The notes beneath the pieces were generated by a model. The model was not told where the DNA came from, ran no database searches, and saw only the letters and a program-made list of their open reading frames with translations. DNA of 64,000 nucleotides, taken from Octopus vulgaris. Taxonomy: Eukaryota. A program made the position numbers and the translations under genes. Positions 1 to 13,625 of this stretch are shown one piece after another (positions within the stretch are counted from its first letter, which is position 1; each line of letters begins with the position of its first letter). The stretch is from positions 40,114,001 to 40,178,000 of the forward strand of contig OX597820.1 of the NCBI GenBank assembly GCA_951406725.2, read 5' to 3'.

Positions 1-64
1 ATATATATATATATATGCATATATATGTGTGTGTGTATATATATATACATATATATATGTATAT

Positions 65-161
<97 letters not shown>

Positions 162-186
162 ATATATATCTATATCTATATCTATC
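1..186. repeat. Compound (TA)n/(CA)n/(TG)n microsatellite
   Basis: Direct reading of dinucleotide runs. Confidence 0.95.
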
Positions 187-356
187 TGTCTATCCTATCA
201 ATTTTTACGGTATTCCTAAGATGCGTAAAAGTGAAAAATAAGTAACGCATGCTGAGGAGCCACAGACATAATAGTCAAGGTAACTCCACCTAATGACCTC
301 AAATTAATTCATATTATATATCCCGATTTTCTTTGAATCGGTAACATGCCGGGGAC

Positions 357-505
357 AAAATGCTTAGTTCAAATTCCACCGAGGTCGACTTTGCCTTTCA
401 TCTTTTCGAGGTTGATAAAATAACTGAATTATGCACTGGGGTCGATATCATCTGCTAAAACCCTTCCACATAAATTGCAGGCATTGTGCCAAAAATATTT
501 GAGAT
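357..505 (+). mobile_element. SINE family A, partial copy
   Basis: B-box-like AGTTCAAATTCC followed by the core GAGGTCGACTTTGCCTTTCATC...GGGGTCGATA shared with many copies in the window. Confidence 0.8.
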
Positions 506-769
506 CATCATTAAAGATGTTTCTGATTTAATAATAATTATTTATTTAGTAAGAAAGCCAGCAAAATGTGATCTTAGTAGTAGAATGGTGCCTTCCTTCA
601 CCTGTGCTTGAAGGAGAAAAATTAATGTTGGCCTCAGTTGGAATTTAACTCAGAATGTAAAAGCCGGAAAGAAAATCCCATAAAGCATTTTTCCGCCGAT
701 CTGTTTACTGTCACTTCGCAAATGATATGTAAAATGTTGGAACGTGAGTGAATATGTGAAGGTGCATGT

Positions 770-1055
770 GTCAGTGTTTTCTAGAGCGACGGGTTCACAA
801 ACATGCGGCAGTGATTTCGATTCCCGGGCCGAGATGTGTGTTGTGTTCTTGAGCAAGTGACTTTCTTTCACGTTGCTCCAGTTCACTCACCTGTAGAAAT
901 AAATTGCCACGTCACTAGTGCCAAGATGTATTAGCCTTTGCTTTTCCCTTGGATAATATCAGTGGCATGTAGAGGGGAGACTGATATGCTTCGGCGACTG
1001 CTGGTCTTCCATAAATATCGTTTGCCTTGATTTATGCCTTGGAGGGGAAGTTTAC
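770..1055 (+). mobile_element. tRNA-headed SINE family C (V-domain-like), diverged
   Basis: B-box-like GATTTCGATTCC then TGTGTTCTTGAGCAAG. A related head lies on the minus strand at ~6346-6452. Confidence 0.6.
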
Positions 1056-1495
1056 CCTTTCACCCTGTAATACAAAAAAGAGGGTATACAGCGATATAAG
1101 GAATAGGAAGGGAAACGTGTAAGAGTAGAGAAATATACAAGTATATGAATGGAAAATTTGACAAAAGTGATCGAAAGATATAATTGTTTCTAATTTCGGC
1201 AAAAGTCCAGTTATTTTAAGGAAGGCTTGTTTATCAGTTAAAGTACTTGAGTGCTACTTTATTTAATGACATTAGAAGCTGAAAGGCAAAGATTATCAAA
1301 GTGCGATTTTTTCTTTATCTAGGAGGAAAGAATTCTGGACAAATACTGCAGGTAGTGCTGGAGCAATAATAAGGATTTCTTGTATAGTTATAAGGGCGGA
1401 AATCTGGTGGGAAAGTGAACAGCTCATTATAACTACATTAGTTGTCGATAGACTCTTCATTGTAGCAAGTCTGTTAAATTTTTATTATTGTTGTT

Positions 1496-1672
<177 letters not shown>

Positions 1673-2063
1673 TGAGAGAGCAGCGCATGCCACCAAAGTA
1701 ACACTGGGGTGCAAATTTACGAAGTCTATCATGACTACCCGTCTGATAAGGGTACACCAGGTACATGCTTCCCAATCATGTGTGCACGACATGGTGATGT
1801 TATTTGAAGGATAAACAGTGCATGACCTTGCTGATGGGTCCCTGTTACAATTTACTTCTGGGACAGTGGCCCATCCCGCTCAAAATGTCCCTGATTAAGG
1901 GTTGATTAAGAATTTTGAATGAAACAGCTATGTTTCCCAAAGAATTTCTCTCAACACATGGCTATGATGCTCCCCCTACTACTCCTATTTGTGATCAGCG
2001 ATGCACATATTGTCAGCCACTAAGGGGCATTCTCGACTAGTTAAGGTCAAACAACTGACAAGT

Positions 2064-2279
2064 ATATTCTGTTGTGTCTAGGGAGAGTCATTTTCGTTTT
2101 GTGCCTTATAATTTAACACTCTCACCGATAAAATGTGAGTCACGGCTATTGAAAAGGTTGCAAGACGCAACGAAAATTTTAGGAAAATAGAAATAAGAAA
2201 TCATTGGAAATTTACCGGTGAGTGTGTTAAATAATAAGGCACAAAAACAAAATGACTATCCCCAGACACAACAGAATAT
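2064..2279. mobile_element. MITE with ~70-bp terminal inverted repeats
   Basis: ATATTCTGTTGTGTCTAGGGAGAGTCATTTT... pairs with ...AAAATGACTATCCCCAGACACAACAGAATAT. A partial copy lies at ~62268-62392. Confidence 0.8.
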
Positions 2280-2392
2280 GCTTCAACACACGAACTCATA
2301 TAAAGTATCTTGCAAACCAAATCCAAAAACGAAACTGACAAGTAAACCTGTGGTATTGAGAAGAATATTTGTTGTAGCTCAACTTTTATACC

Positions 2393-2644
2393 TATTTCTT
2401 TATTACCCACAAGGGGCTAAACACAGAGGGGACAAACAAGGACAGACATAGGTATTAAGTCGATTACATCGACCCCAGTGTGTAACTGGTACTTAATTTA
2501 TCGACCCCGAAAGGATGAAAGGCAAAGTCGACCTCGGCGGAATTTGAACTCACAACGTAACGCAGACGAAATACCGCTAAGCATTTCGCCCGGCGTGCTA
2601 ACGTTTCTGCCAGCTCGCCGCCTCTGCCAGCTCTGCCAGCTCGC
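2393..2644 (-). mobile_element. SINE family A (tail type 1), full length with 17-bp TSD
   Basis: Perfect direct repeat AGCTCAACTTTTATACC at 2376-2392 and 2645-2661; tRNA-like head GGCGGCGAGCTGGCAGAA...GAGTTCAAATTCC. Confidence 0.92.
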
Positions 2645-2764
2645 AGCTCAACTTTTATACCAAGACAAGACATGTACAGGAGAACACTGCTAATCTGTTA
2701 AGATCTGAAGCCATGTGAGCCACTGCCTGGTATTGCATCAGGGCGTCATCATCATCATCATTAT

Positions 2765-2945
2765 TGGGTGAGAGAGAGCAATACATGCCATCAAAGTGAT
2801 AATGGGGTACAAATATACGAAACCCGATATAGCCATCAGGACTACCCAACAGGTCAGAGTGCACCAAGCCGAAACATCACAACCATATGTGTGTGACATG
2901 GTGGTGGTCCCATATCAAGATAAAGAGAGCGCAGCGTATGGTCTT
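2765..2945 (-). mobile_element. ~555-bp element, partial copy 2
   Basis: GGTGAGAGAGAGCAATACATGCCATCAAAGTGA... matches the left end of the other copies and follows an (ATC/ATT)n run. Confidence 0.75.
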
Positions 2946-3244
2946 GTATGTGGAATAAAATATATATTCGTTTCGGAACGAAGTATAGCAAACGCAAACC
3001 CATCCGGATTTGATCGCAGAAATGTAAAGTACCATAACTAAATGCTACACAACATATTGTCCAATGCTCTTATGATTCTGCTATTCCAGTTATATATTCT
3101 GATATTAGTGATCGACAAAATGCCAATTAACCAATAACGTAGGTCCCAGGTGTTGGCCTATATACCTCATATATGACAAACAGAAACGCATGCAGACATG
3201 TACAGGCATACACACGCACACATATATGCACACTTTCATAGTTG

Positions 3245-3278
<34 letters not shown>

Positions 3279-3464
3279 CATAATTATATTGATTGATTGA
3301 TTGATTCCAGTTTCAGCATATATATATATATATATATACATATATACACAAACATACATATATAAGTATATATATATACGAATACATATACAAACACGTA
3401 CATATACACGAGTGTACACAAACTTACCTAGACAGGCAAACAGCTACATAGCTTGAAAGATATA

Positions 3465-3476
3465 GAGATAGACAGG

Positions 3477-3532
<56 letters not shown>

Positions 3533-3533
3533 C

Positions 3534-3603
<70 letters not shown>

Positions 3604-3615
3604 CAGATAGATAGA
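3465..3615. repeat. (GATA)n microsatellite
   Basis: Direct reading. Confidence 0.95.
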
Positions 3616-4619
3616 TTAAGAGACAGAAAGACAGAGATGAATATTTCCAGGGTTAGATAGATACACAGATATCTATGTTTATCGATAAAGAGAGAGAGAG
3701 GGGGAGAGGGAGAGAGAGAGAAAGATAGTGAGAAAAAGAGAGAGAAAGAGAGACGGAGAGAGTTCTGTGCAAACAGTCTTAGTGAGAGATGTGCAGTCAC
3801 GCAATACACATGCTAACACAAATAATGCGCACACATACACACGCACGCACACAAACACACACACACACTCGTCTGTTTGTATATAAATTTACATACATGC
3901 GTGAGTGTATATTTATATATGTATAAATGAATATAAAGAGAGAGCAAGAAAGAAAGACAGAAAGAAAGAAAGAAAGAAAGAAAGAAAGGGAGAAAGAAGT
4001 TATAGAAACAAAGGATTGTTTTCATTTGTTTTTTTGTAAAAAAGGTGAAAAATAAATAGAAAAACAGACGAAATGTTTGTGAAATGTGTATGGATGGTGG
4101 TGATAGAGAACGGAAGACTGATGACGTAGATGGAGGATGGTGTCGAGGCAGAGGCGATAATTTTGAAGCAAAACCATTTCCCTGGAAACCATTATTACAG
4201 ACATTTCTGACAAAGACTAATTGAACTATCGAAATATCGTTGGAGGGAGATACTCAGTATTTCTTTTTTTTAAAACTTTTTTTTACTTTTTATTTGTTTG
4301 TTGGTATTGTCAACAGTTAGTGGTTGGATCGTTGCTAGAGCAAAGCTGAAGAGAATGGAACAGAGCATGGAACAACACAAAGAAATAGATAGGAAAGCAG
4401 TGACAGTGAAGTAGAGTGTGTGTGAGAGAGAGAGAGGGGTAGGGTGACAGAGGGGAGAGAAAGAGAAAGATAAAGAAAGAAAGAGAGAGAGAAAAAAAGA
4501 GCGAGAGAGGCAGACAGAAAGGTGGAACAAGAGGTTTGGAAGGAAATAGTCAGAACACAAATACAAAAACGGTACAGAATTGACAAACACCACGGCGACT
4601 GCGATAGCGTCAATGACAG

Positions 4620-5239
<620 letters not shown>

Positions 5240-5240
<1 letters not shown>

Positions 5241-5455
5241 AGGCTGATTAACTGGCAGAATCGTTAGTACACCGGTTCAAATGCTTGGCGTTATGTTGTC
5301 CATCTTTACGTTCTAGGTTCAAATTCCACTCAGGTCGACCTTGCCTTCCATCAATTCGGGGTCAATAAATTAAGTACCTGTTAAACACTGGGGTCGATAT
5401 AGTCCTCTTGTCCCATCCCCTCAAATGCCAGGCATTGTGCCTTTAGTAGAAATGA
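5240..5455 (+). mobile_element. SINE family A (tail type 2)
   Basis: CTGGCAGAATCGTTAG head, GGTTCAAATTCC, core GGTCGACCTTGCCTTCCATC, tail GGCATTGTGCCTTTAGTAGAAA. Confidence 0.85.
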
Positions 5456-5554
5456 TTATTGTTATTGTTGTTGGCGTTGTTTTTGTTGTTGTTGTTATTA
5501 TTATCATTATTATTATTATCATCATCATCATCGTCATCATCATCGTTATTATTA

Positions 5555-5775
5555 CTCAGTAGTCATATTTTCACGGCACAACCGAGCACAACACTATGTG
5601 CCTTAAGTGTGTGGTGTGGTTTATTGTAGTACCCTTATTTTCACTGTATCCAAAGGACTGCACGTAGAATGTGAACGAAGCGTAGTAGTGCTATTTCCTA
5701 TGTTATATACATTCGTAAATCCTGATGTTTTCGTTATGTATTCGTCTGAATGTTTTGTTTTAAGGTTTTATTATA
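5555..5775 (-). mobile_element. Dong/R4-clade LINE 3' fragment
   Basis: Minus strand reads KHSDEYITKTSGFTNVYNI (frameshift) EIALLRFVHILRAVLWIQ*, like the R4/Dong C-terminus 'IQKIALLGTAHILR'; lies between ATT tracts. Confidence 0.65.
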
Positions 5776-5792
5776 ATCATTGATAAACGAAA

Positions 5793-5860
<68 letters not shown>

Positions 5861-5874
5861 TAGTTTTATTTTTA

Positions 5875-5914
<40 letters not shown>

Positions 5915-5925
5915 CATTATTATTA

Positions 5926-5993
<68 letters not shown>
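5793..5993. repeat. (ATT)n microsatellite
   Basis: Direct reading. Confidence 0.95.
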
Positions 5994-5994
5994 T

Positions 5995-6348
5995 TCGTTA
6001 TCATCTTTCAATTCTGTTTCCATTTCTTGCTGGGCAGAGAATGAACACATCGAATTGTCCATTTACAAAGTCATGTGATAGAGTAAAGGGGGAAGAATGA
6101 CAGAGAGAAAACATAAAAATAAAAAAATAAAAAACAAGTAAGCAAAGAAAATAAACTGGAAGAAAGTCGAGAAAATTCACAGCGACAATACTCTTGCCAA
6201 TACGTATGACATACCAGTTAAGACAATCTTTTGCACTTCCTGTATGGATGGTAAACCAGGGATCATTCTTAAATAATCTTCAGTTCCTGTTTTGATCTTC
6301 TTTTGATCATTCCAAGTGCTCCTACAATCACTGTTATTGTAACCATCT
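5995..6348 (-). mobile_element. Dong/R4-clade LINE 3' fragment with UTR running into (TAA)n
   Basis: Minus strand VIVGALGMIK...TGTEDYLRMIPGLPSIQEVQKIVLTGMSYVLARVLSL* (stop ~6177-6179), typical end of the RLE domain. Confidence 0.75.
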
Positions 6349-6799
6349 TGAGAAATAAAGTGTCTTGCTCAAGGACACAACGCGTCGCGAAGAATAGAAC
6401 TCAGGACCTTATGATCACGAGCCGAATGCCCCAACCACTAAGCCACATGCCTTCACACACACACATACACGTATATGGTATACGTTTATATATATATTTC
6501 TCCCAGCGTTCGCTATTTTCGTTTCGTTCTTTTCTAACTACCCTCTATGTTTCTTTTCGTTCGGTTTCCTTGAATGTCTCCACTGTCCTGATTTTGTTCC
6601 CAACTTTGACCCTCCGTAAGTCACAAATTTTATTTTGGAAGTTGTGAGAGTAACTGTCTTCCAAGACTCATGTTGTCGTTCAGTGCTCGAAATGAGGAGT
6701 GGATAGACAGCTGACAACATATGATGGGTCGTTCTTTGTGTTACTAGTCCTGTTTTCCATTTTTTCTCTCGTTGTTTGCGTATTTAACTCGTTTTATTT

Positions 6800-7943
6800 T
6801 CGTAGTTCATGTTTACACAGTTGCTGTTTCTTTTCACATGTCATCAGAAAAAGGTATTTAAAATTCATTAAAATGACAGATCTATCGGACTTTCAAAGAG
6901 GTCAAATTGTTGGTTGCTCGTATGGCAGTTGCCAGCGTAACGAAAACAGCTGAAACGTTTGGTGTATCAAGAAGTACTGTCTCGAAAGTAATGACAGCTT
7001 TTGACAAAGAGGGAAAAACCTCTTCGTCGAAACAAAACTCCGGAAGAAAACTAAAACTTTCAGATAGGGACTTTTACGCGAATTGTTAGAAAGGACCACA
7101 AAAGTACAGCTTCTAAAATTACAGGAGAGCTAATGACCACGCCGAGAACCCAGTTTCCATAAAAATGTTTGTCGGGAGTTGCACAAAGCCGGATTTCACG
7201 GGAGGGCTGCAATAAGAAAACCACTACTTTCAAAAACAAACGTAGCAAAGCGTTTAGAGTGGAGTAAAAAAAACGTACAGAATTAGTCCCTAGAGTAGCG
7301 GAAGAATGTTATTTTTCTCGGACGAGTCATCCTTTACCTTCTTTCCGACCACCGGCCAAGTATAGGTGTGGAGACAGCCAAAAGAAGCATTCAACCCAAA
7401 CTACCTTCTTTCAACTGTTAAACCTGGAGGAGGATCTGTGATGATTTGGGGGGCTATATTTTGGAAATCTGCCTGCCCAATTGTTTCTATTCATGGCAAA
7501 ATTAATAGTCATGGCTAATTTTCTCTGACTAAATTTATCATATAGGTTCGGAACTGTTTCTGGAGGGAAACGCAAACTTTCAGGATGATAATGCACCAAA
7601 TCACACAGCTGAAGTTGTTACTGAGTGGCATGAGGAACATTCTAGTGAAACTAAAAATCTTGTCTGGCCACCACAATTCCCAGATCTCAGTATTATTGAA
7701 CATTTATGGTACATATTAAAAAACTAAGTAAGGAGTTGATATCCTCTACCATCATCACTACAAGAACTGGAGACTGTTTTAGCTGAAGAATGGATGAAAA
7801 TTCCTCTTTGAAAACAATCCAAACTTTGTACGAGTCCATACCTCGTAGAATTCAAGCTGTAATTACTGTCAAAGGCGGCCCTACCTTTTATTAGAATAAA
7901 TATGTTCGAAATTTTAAGGTTTAAGTATTTTGTCCAACCCCTG
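6800..7943 (+). mobile_element. Tc1-superfamily DNA transposon (DD36E spacing) with pseudogenised transposase at 6873-7894; right TIR only
   Basis: MTDLSDFQRGQIVG..MAVASVTKTAETFGVSRSTVSKV (HTH), FSDES, FQDDNAP, WPPQFPDLSIIEHLW, KGGPT; frameshifts and stops; right end ...TTTTGTCCAACCCCTG|TA; left boundary approximate. Confidence 0.92.
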
Positions 7944-7944
7944 T

Positions 7945-8160
<216 letters not shown>

Positions 8161-9135
8161 TTGACAGACAAAGCAGGTGAGAGCGAGAAAGTAATGTATA
8201 ATTTAACTGTAGATCGTTTGAACCTTGGGCAGATCGATGCTAGCCTGACTGAGAAGCCTACATAATAGAAGTTCTTCCAGGTATATAGCGATATAGCTAA
8301 AGTATATTAGCATGTATATGTACGTGCATGTGTATACATATAAGCGTATTTGACCACTTACGTGTTTGCCATGTGAATTTGTGTGTCAATTTATATGTGG
8401 CTGACAGATGCAAGACTGTTGAACAAAGAATTAGAATAAGGGAACACGGGAACAAGGTGAAGCGAGGAAGAGTATTAGAGCGGCGTGAGAGAGAATGTAT
8501 GAATATATGGGAGGAATAATGTGACATTGAAATCAAGAGAGAGTGACAGAGAGAGAGAGAGGGGGGAGAGAGAGAGGAGAAAGAGAATGAGAGAAAGACA
8601 GAAAAAACGAGAGAGAGGGAGTGAAAACCGAAAGACAATACCATTGATGTGTCCATTGAGTCTTATCTGAACTAAGAGAGTGAGATACAGAGAGTAAGAA
8701 AAGTAGATTGTATGAAAGAGAGTATGAGAATGAAAGAAAGGAACTGGGATAAAGAAGGAGACATGAAAGAGAAATAAGAAAGAAAGGAAGAAAATACAAA
8801 GAGTGGGGAATGAAAGTGAGTAGAAACGAAAGACAAAGGAATTTATATATCATTGATTTGTCCATTGAGCCTCATCTGGTCATCATCTTAAGTCACCATT
8901 CTGCTGATTATGGAAACCAACGCAAAGCTAACTACTCGGGTTTCTAAGCTGCGATTATGTAGCATGCTATACACGCGCACTTCTAAAGAAGACTTTAATC
9001 TAATTCTATCCATTGGGTAACGAAGTGGTTATCCAGTCTCTGGTTTAAGAGCAGCGCTGTTACCGCTCATTCTTACTAATCATTTGGCAGCCAGCAGCAT
9101 CACAATACCTTTACAAATGCACATGTTACAGAGGA

Positions 9136-9179
<44 letters not shown>

Positions 9180-9587
9180 GTGAGAGAAAGTGAGTGTTTG
9201 TGTGTGTGTGCGTGTCTATGTTGTGTAAATGAGAGTTAGTAAATCTGTGTGAGTGAGTGGTTGTATGTGCACAGATGTATGCTATCGTCGATGTTGTGTA
9301 TGTTATTGAACGGATGTGTGTGTGTGTGTGTGTGTGTGTAAAATTAATTCTTGTAGTATCACTAAGTGCGTCTGTCAATGTGGTTCATGTTTGTTTGTAT
9401 GTATGTGCATACGAGTTCTGTCTGTGTTAGCGTCTACGTTTGTGTATGTGTGTGTGTGTTCGTGTATGTATGTATGTGTATGAGTGTGCATGTGTCTGTG
9501 TGTTAGTGTAGGCACATACATGTAGGAAACTTGAACCAATGATTGATTGCAAGTTCGTATGTTTCCGTGCGTTAGAAAAGGATAACG

Positions 9588-9840
<253 letters not shown>

Positions 9841-9989
9841 GGCACACACAGCATATTTAAGGAAACACATGCAAGTGGCCGTGTGCCATGTTCCACGTGC
9901 ATAAATGTATGTATAATGTGTGTATCATGTAAAGGTATGCGCGTGTAAGAATGTTGTATGAAAATGTTCATGTACGTACATCTCTCTCC

Positions 9990-10020
<31 letters not shown>

Positions 10021-10869
10021 GATATGTGGGTGGGTGTGTTTGAGTGTGTGAGTATCTGTAAGCATCTCCTTGTTCACAGAACTGTATGGAATATTTCTAG
10101 GGTGAAGCTGGAATAATTGAATGTATTTGCTTCAGTTTTACATCATTTTGCATTATTTTGCATTAGATTTGCTAGATTTCATGGAACCTGTATTGTTTCC
10201 CACTAACTTCTGTCACATTCACTGTCTCTCACAATTATTTCTCTCCTACCACAAATCTTTTCTAGTTAAATACATTGCTATCGTATAGTTCGTTGCTTTT
10301 GTCAGTATTTCCTTCTTACAAAACATCTCACTCTATCTCTGTCTGCTGGTTTGCCTGTATGTCTGTCTCTGTGTTCCGCCTTGTTTAACACTTTCTCTCT
10401 CTCTCTCTCTCTCTCTTCAGCTGTTTGTGCATTTGTCACTCTCCCTATCACTTTATGTTTTTCTCACTCTCCCCCTCTCCATGTCTCCCTCTCTCTCCCT
10501 TTCACTATCTACATACATATATAAAAGTAATCACATAATTACACAAGCATATCATGTACTTAGATTCAAATATACATAGATACACAGACAGTGTAAAACA
10601 ACGTTATATTGTCCGTTTATTTTCTACAGGCTTGCATATTGATGGATATGTATATATATTAAAGTAATTTCTAGTTTATACGTACTTACAGATGACCATC
10701 TATCTATTTATTTCTGTGAAAGTCTTTTTTATATCTTTATCTATGTGCTTGAGGTATATTGGAGCCCGTAGGAAAGCCATTCACTCTACTTCGTCTATGA
10801 GAAAATGTATCGCTGTTGACAAATAGATTTGAATACACCAAGTCAGTTCACAACGCTCCTTAACCAGCC

Positions 10870-10915
10870 GCTTGGATGCTTGTATTTCGGAGTGGTTATC
10901 TCCTCCTCAGAAACA
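10870..10915 (-). ncRNA. Hammerhead ribozyme-like motif, probable Penelope-like element remnant
   Basis: Minus strand CUGAGGA-GGAG(AUAACCA)CUCC-GAAA-UACAAGCA-UC: exact core and perfect stem II; stems I and III imperfect. Confidence 0.55.
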
Positions 10916-11649
10916 GAAACCAGACAAGCAGATGAGACGGACAGGAGAGACTGGTCACTCTTATGATATTCCCGTTGCCTTTCAGTGATTAGCTGTGCTA
11001 TTTAGCGGCTCACGGTAAACAAAATACGATTTGACAGCGTCAGTTTGTATAATTACAAACTTGTTCCCAGTTCAAATAAGCTTGAGGATTATTTGAACTT
11101 GTAAGAATTCTATTCACTGTATTTTGTCATAGAAAATATTTCAGGCAGTAGACAAATAAGTGTAAATATATGTATGTATGTAATTGCTGTCTATGTATCA
11201 TACTTAACGTATATATTCTGTCGATAGGCCGATTGCTGTAGTAGTATTTGATCTGATATAACGTCTCTTAAGGAGTAATAAACACACTAAATGTCAGAGA
11301 AAAACGAATATTCGTCCCACATGCGACAACGGAAAGGACAGATGTATTTTCTGGGCCTGTCCAATGGCGCAGGTACACAATAGAATTTGTCGACACTGAT
11401 ACAGGAAAAATTTACAAAGTATAAGAGAATGTTATCTTAGGATATAGTACTGCAGTAACTGGACATTCGACGTGCATACATTAAATATGATATATAAGTG
11501 GTTAATTTGATTAACTACTGCCTCAGTTGCTTATACTGGGGGTTTAATCAGTCGAGCAGCTATTCTCTAGATCTGTGAATGTTTTATTCTATTTTTCTAT
11601 ATCAAAGAGGATGAATTCTTGCCCGAGCATGTGACTGACAGCGAGTATG

Positions 11650-11690
11650 TTCCATTGAAGAGGTCGCAAGAGACCGAAATGTATCAAGTG
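11650..11690 (+). ncRNA. Minimal hammerhead ribozyme-like motif, degenerate (C3->U)
   Basis: UUGAAGA-GGUC(GCAAGA)GACC-GAAA-UGUA-UC. Confidence 0.5.
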
Positions 11691-12036
11691 TTTTCTCTCA
11701 CCGGTGCTCGAATGAATTAACTTCCTCCTCTCACTCTCTTACTCTTTATTTCTCTTTCATTCTCTCTCTCACTTACTCTCCTCTTTCCCTCTCGCTCTGG
11801 AATTTATTGTATTTCTAACACAGCAAGTTCATTAGATAAAATCACTGTAGTAAATGTAGTTGTATTGCCTTCCTATACATTGGTCCATCCTTTGTAGAAG
11901 GGAAAGGTCTTAAATTTGGTTTGCGTTAAGTATGATACATAGATGGCATTTCAATTGAATTCTGAATCATTTGCATATACTGGATATATTTGTGTGTGCG
12001 TGTGCATGTGCGCGTGTATGTGCGTGTGTGTGTGTA

Positions 12037-12457
12037 TTTTTAAGTATATAATTATAAGAATATATTATTATAATTAAAGGCGCTGGAGTGCCAACGCCTA
12101 TAGGCTAGAAGTAGATGTCAAATGTCTACAAGCATTCTAAATTTGTCTATTTTCTTGCAACACAAAGCCGACATGCGAGGCAATGGGCAAGAAGGTGTAT
12201 ATGTATTTTTCGCTTATATATTGCCGGTGTATCTCTACTTAGGAGTGTAAAGTAATTTGTATTACAAAACATGAAATCTTAAGATATAGGGTTATCTGAA
12301 ATCTTGACATTATTTCGCATTCGGCTTTGTGCTGTAATAAGACAGAGAATAAACTAAAAGTTGCTTGTAGGCATTTGACATTTACTTCTAGCGTGTAGGC
12401 GTTGGCACTCCAGAGCCCTTAATTATAATTATATTCTTATAACTATATAATTAAAAA
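12037..12457. repeat. Foldback element: ~155-bp inverted arms, ~110-bp spacer
   Basis: CTGGAGTGCCAACGCCTATAGGCTAGAAGTAGATGTCAAATG pairs with CATTTGACATTTACTTCTAGCGTGTAGGCGTTGGCACTCCAG. Confidence 0.88.
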
Positions 12458-12722
12458 TTAATTATGGTGTTTTTTTATATGCTAGCCTCTGATATAATCA
12501 TTTTGATTATTATATCCTCAATTTATTAGTATATGTATGAAATGTATGAGAATGTATGTATGTATGTATGGATGGATGTATGTATGTATGTATATATATA
12601 AATGTCGGAAGTAAAAGTAAAAGAATGACACCTGCGTTTGACTCCATTTATATATATATATATATCATGGAGATGTACTTGCATAGCAAGTGACCTGATC
12701 TGAGATCGTGTGCTGGAACGAA

Positions 12723-12940
12723 AACAATTGCAGCGTGGTAGGTGTTTATAAACCATTTAAGAAACACACAAAATCCGTTCGATTCACTTGAACATTTATA
12801 TTTAATTTGTCAAAAATTTCGTGCTGCGGTCTCAAAGCGTCGAAAATATTTTGACAAATTAAATTTTAATGTTGAAGTGAATTTAACGTATTTTATGTGT
12901 TTCTTAAATGGCTTATAAACACCTTCCACGCTGCAATTGT
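12723..12940. repeat. Foldback element: ~93-bp inverted arms, ~30-bp spacer, ending at a (TA)n tract
   Basis: AACAATTGCAGCGTGGTAGGTGTTTATAAACCATTTAAGAAACAC pairs with GTGTTTCTTAAATGGCTTATAAACACCTTCCACGCTGCAATTGTT. Confidence 0.9.
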
Positions 12941-13049
<109 letters not shown>

Positions 13050-13625
13050 CTTGTCGTACACATTCGAAAGACACCTGTTGTTATTCTCTTGTTGCCTGTA
13101 TTTGTAATCGTGTAACATTTTCTCCGTTTTCTCATTTTTTTTCTTTTCTGTGATGTCAGACCCATTCACTCGTTTTCTACCAAAATTTAACGCTCTTATC
13201 TTAGATCTTTGGGCCCTACCAATTTTAAACAGTCTCAGGTGTAATAGGCCGAAACTGTAATGATAATTGCAAGTTTGACTGATGAACAGACGGCTACGAA
13301 TGATCCGTCCTGGTTTTTCCTGTCCGTCTTTCTATCGTCTATCCATCCGTGTATTTTTATTGTCGTCCGTTACGTTCTTATTCGTTTTTTTTTTATATAC
13401 ATGTAGCAGCATACGTACACCTTTTGGTCACCTTATATATATGTGTGTGTGTGCGCGTGTGTAGTGTACGTCTGTGTGTATAGTTATGGTATATTCTTTT
13501 AAGAACATAGTAGAGTACAGTATAAAGCTAGTCCACTTTCAAAACTACCCTGTGCTATCCAGTAGAACTATCATACGTACTTCCAGTTTTGAGTTTCGGC
13601 ATCACTCGTGTGTGAATAGATAATT

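Noticed and set aside
6490-6870. Expected left TIR (CAGGGGTTGGACAAAA) of the Tc1 element
   Set aside because: Not found; the left end appears deleted or replaced.
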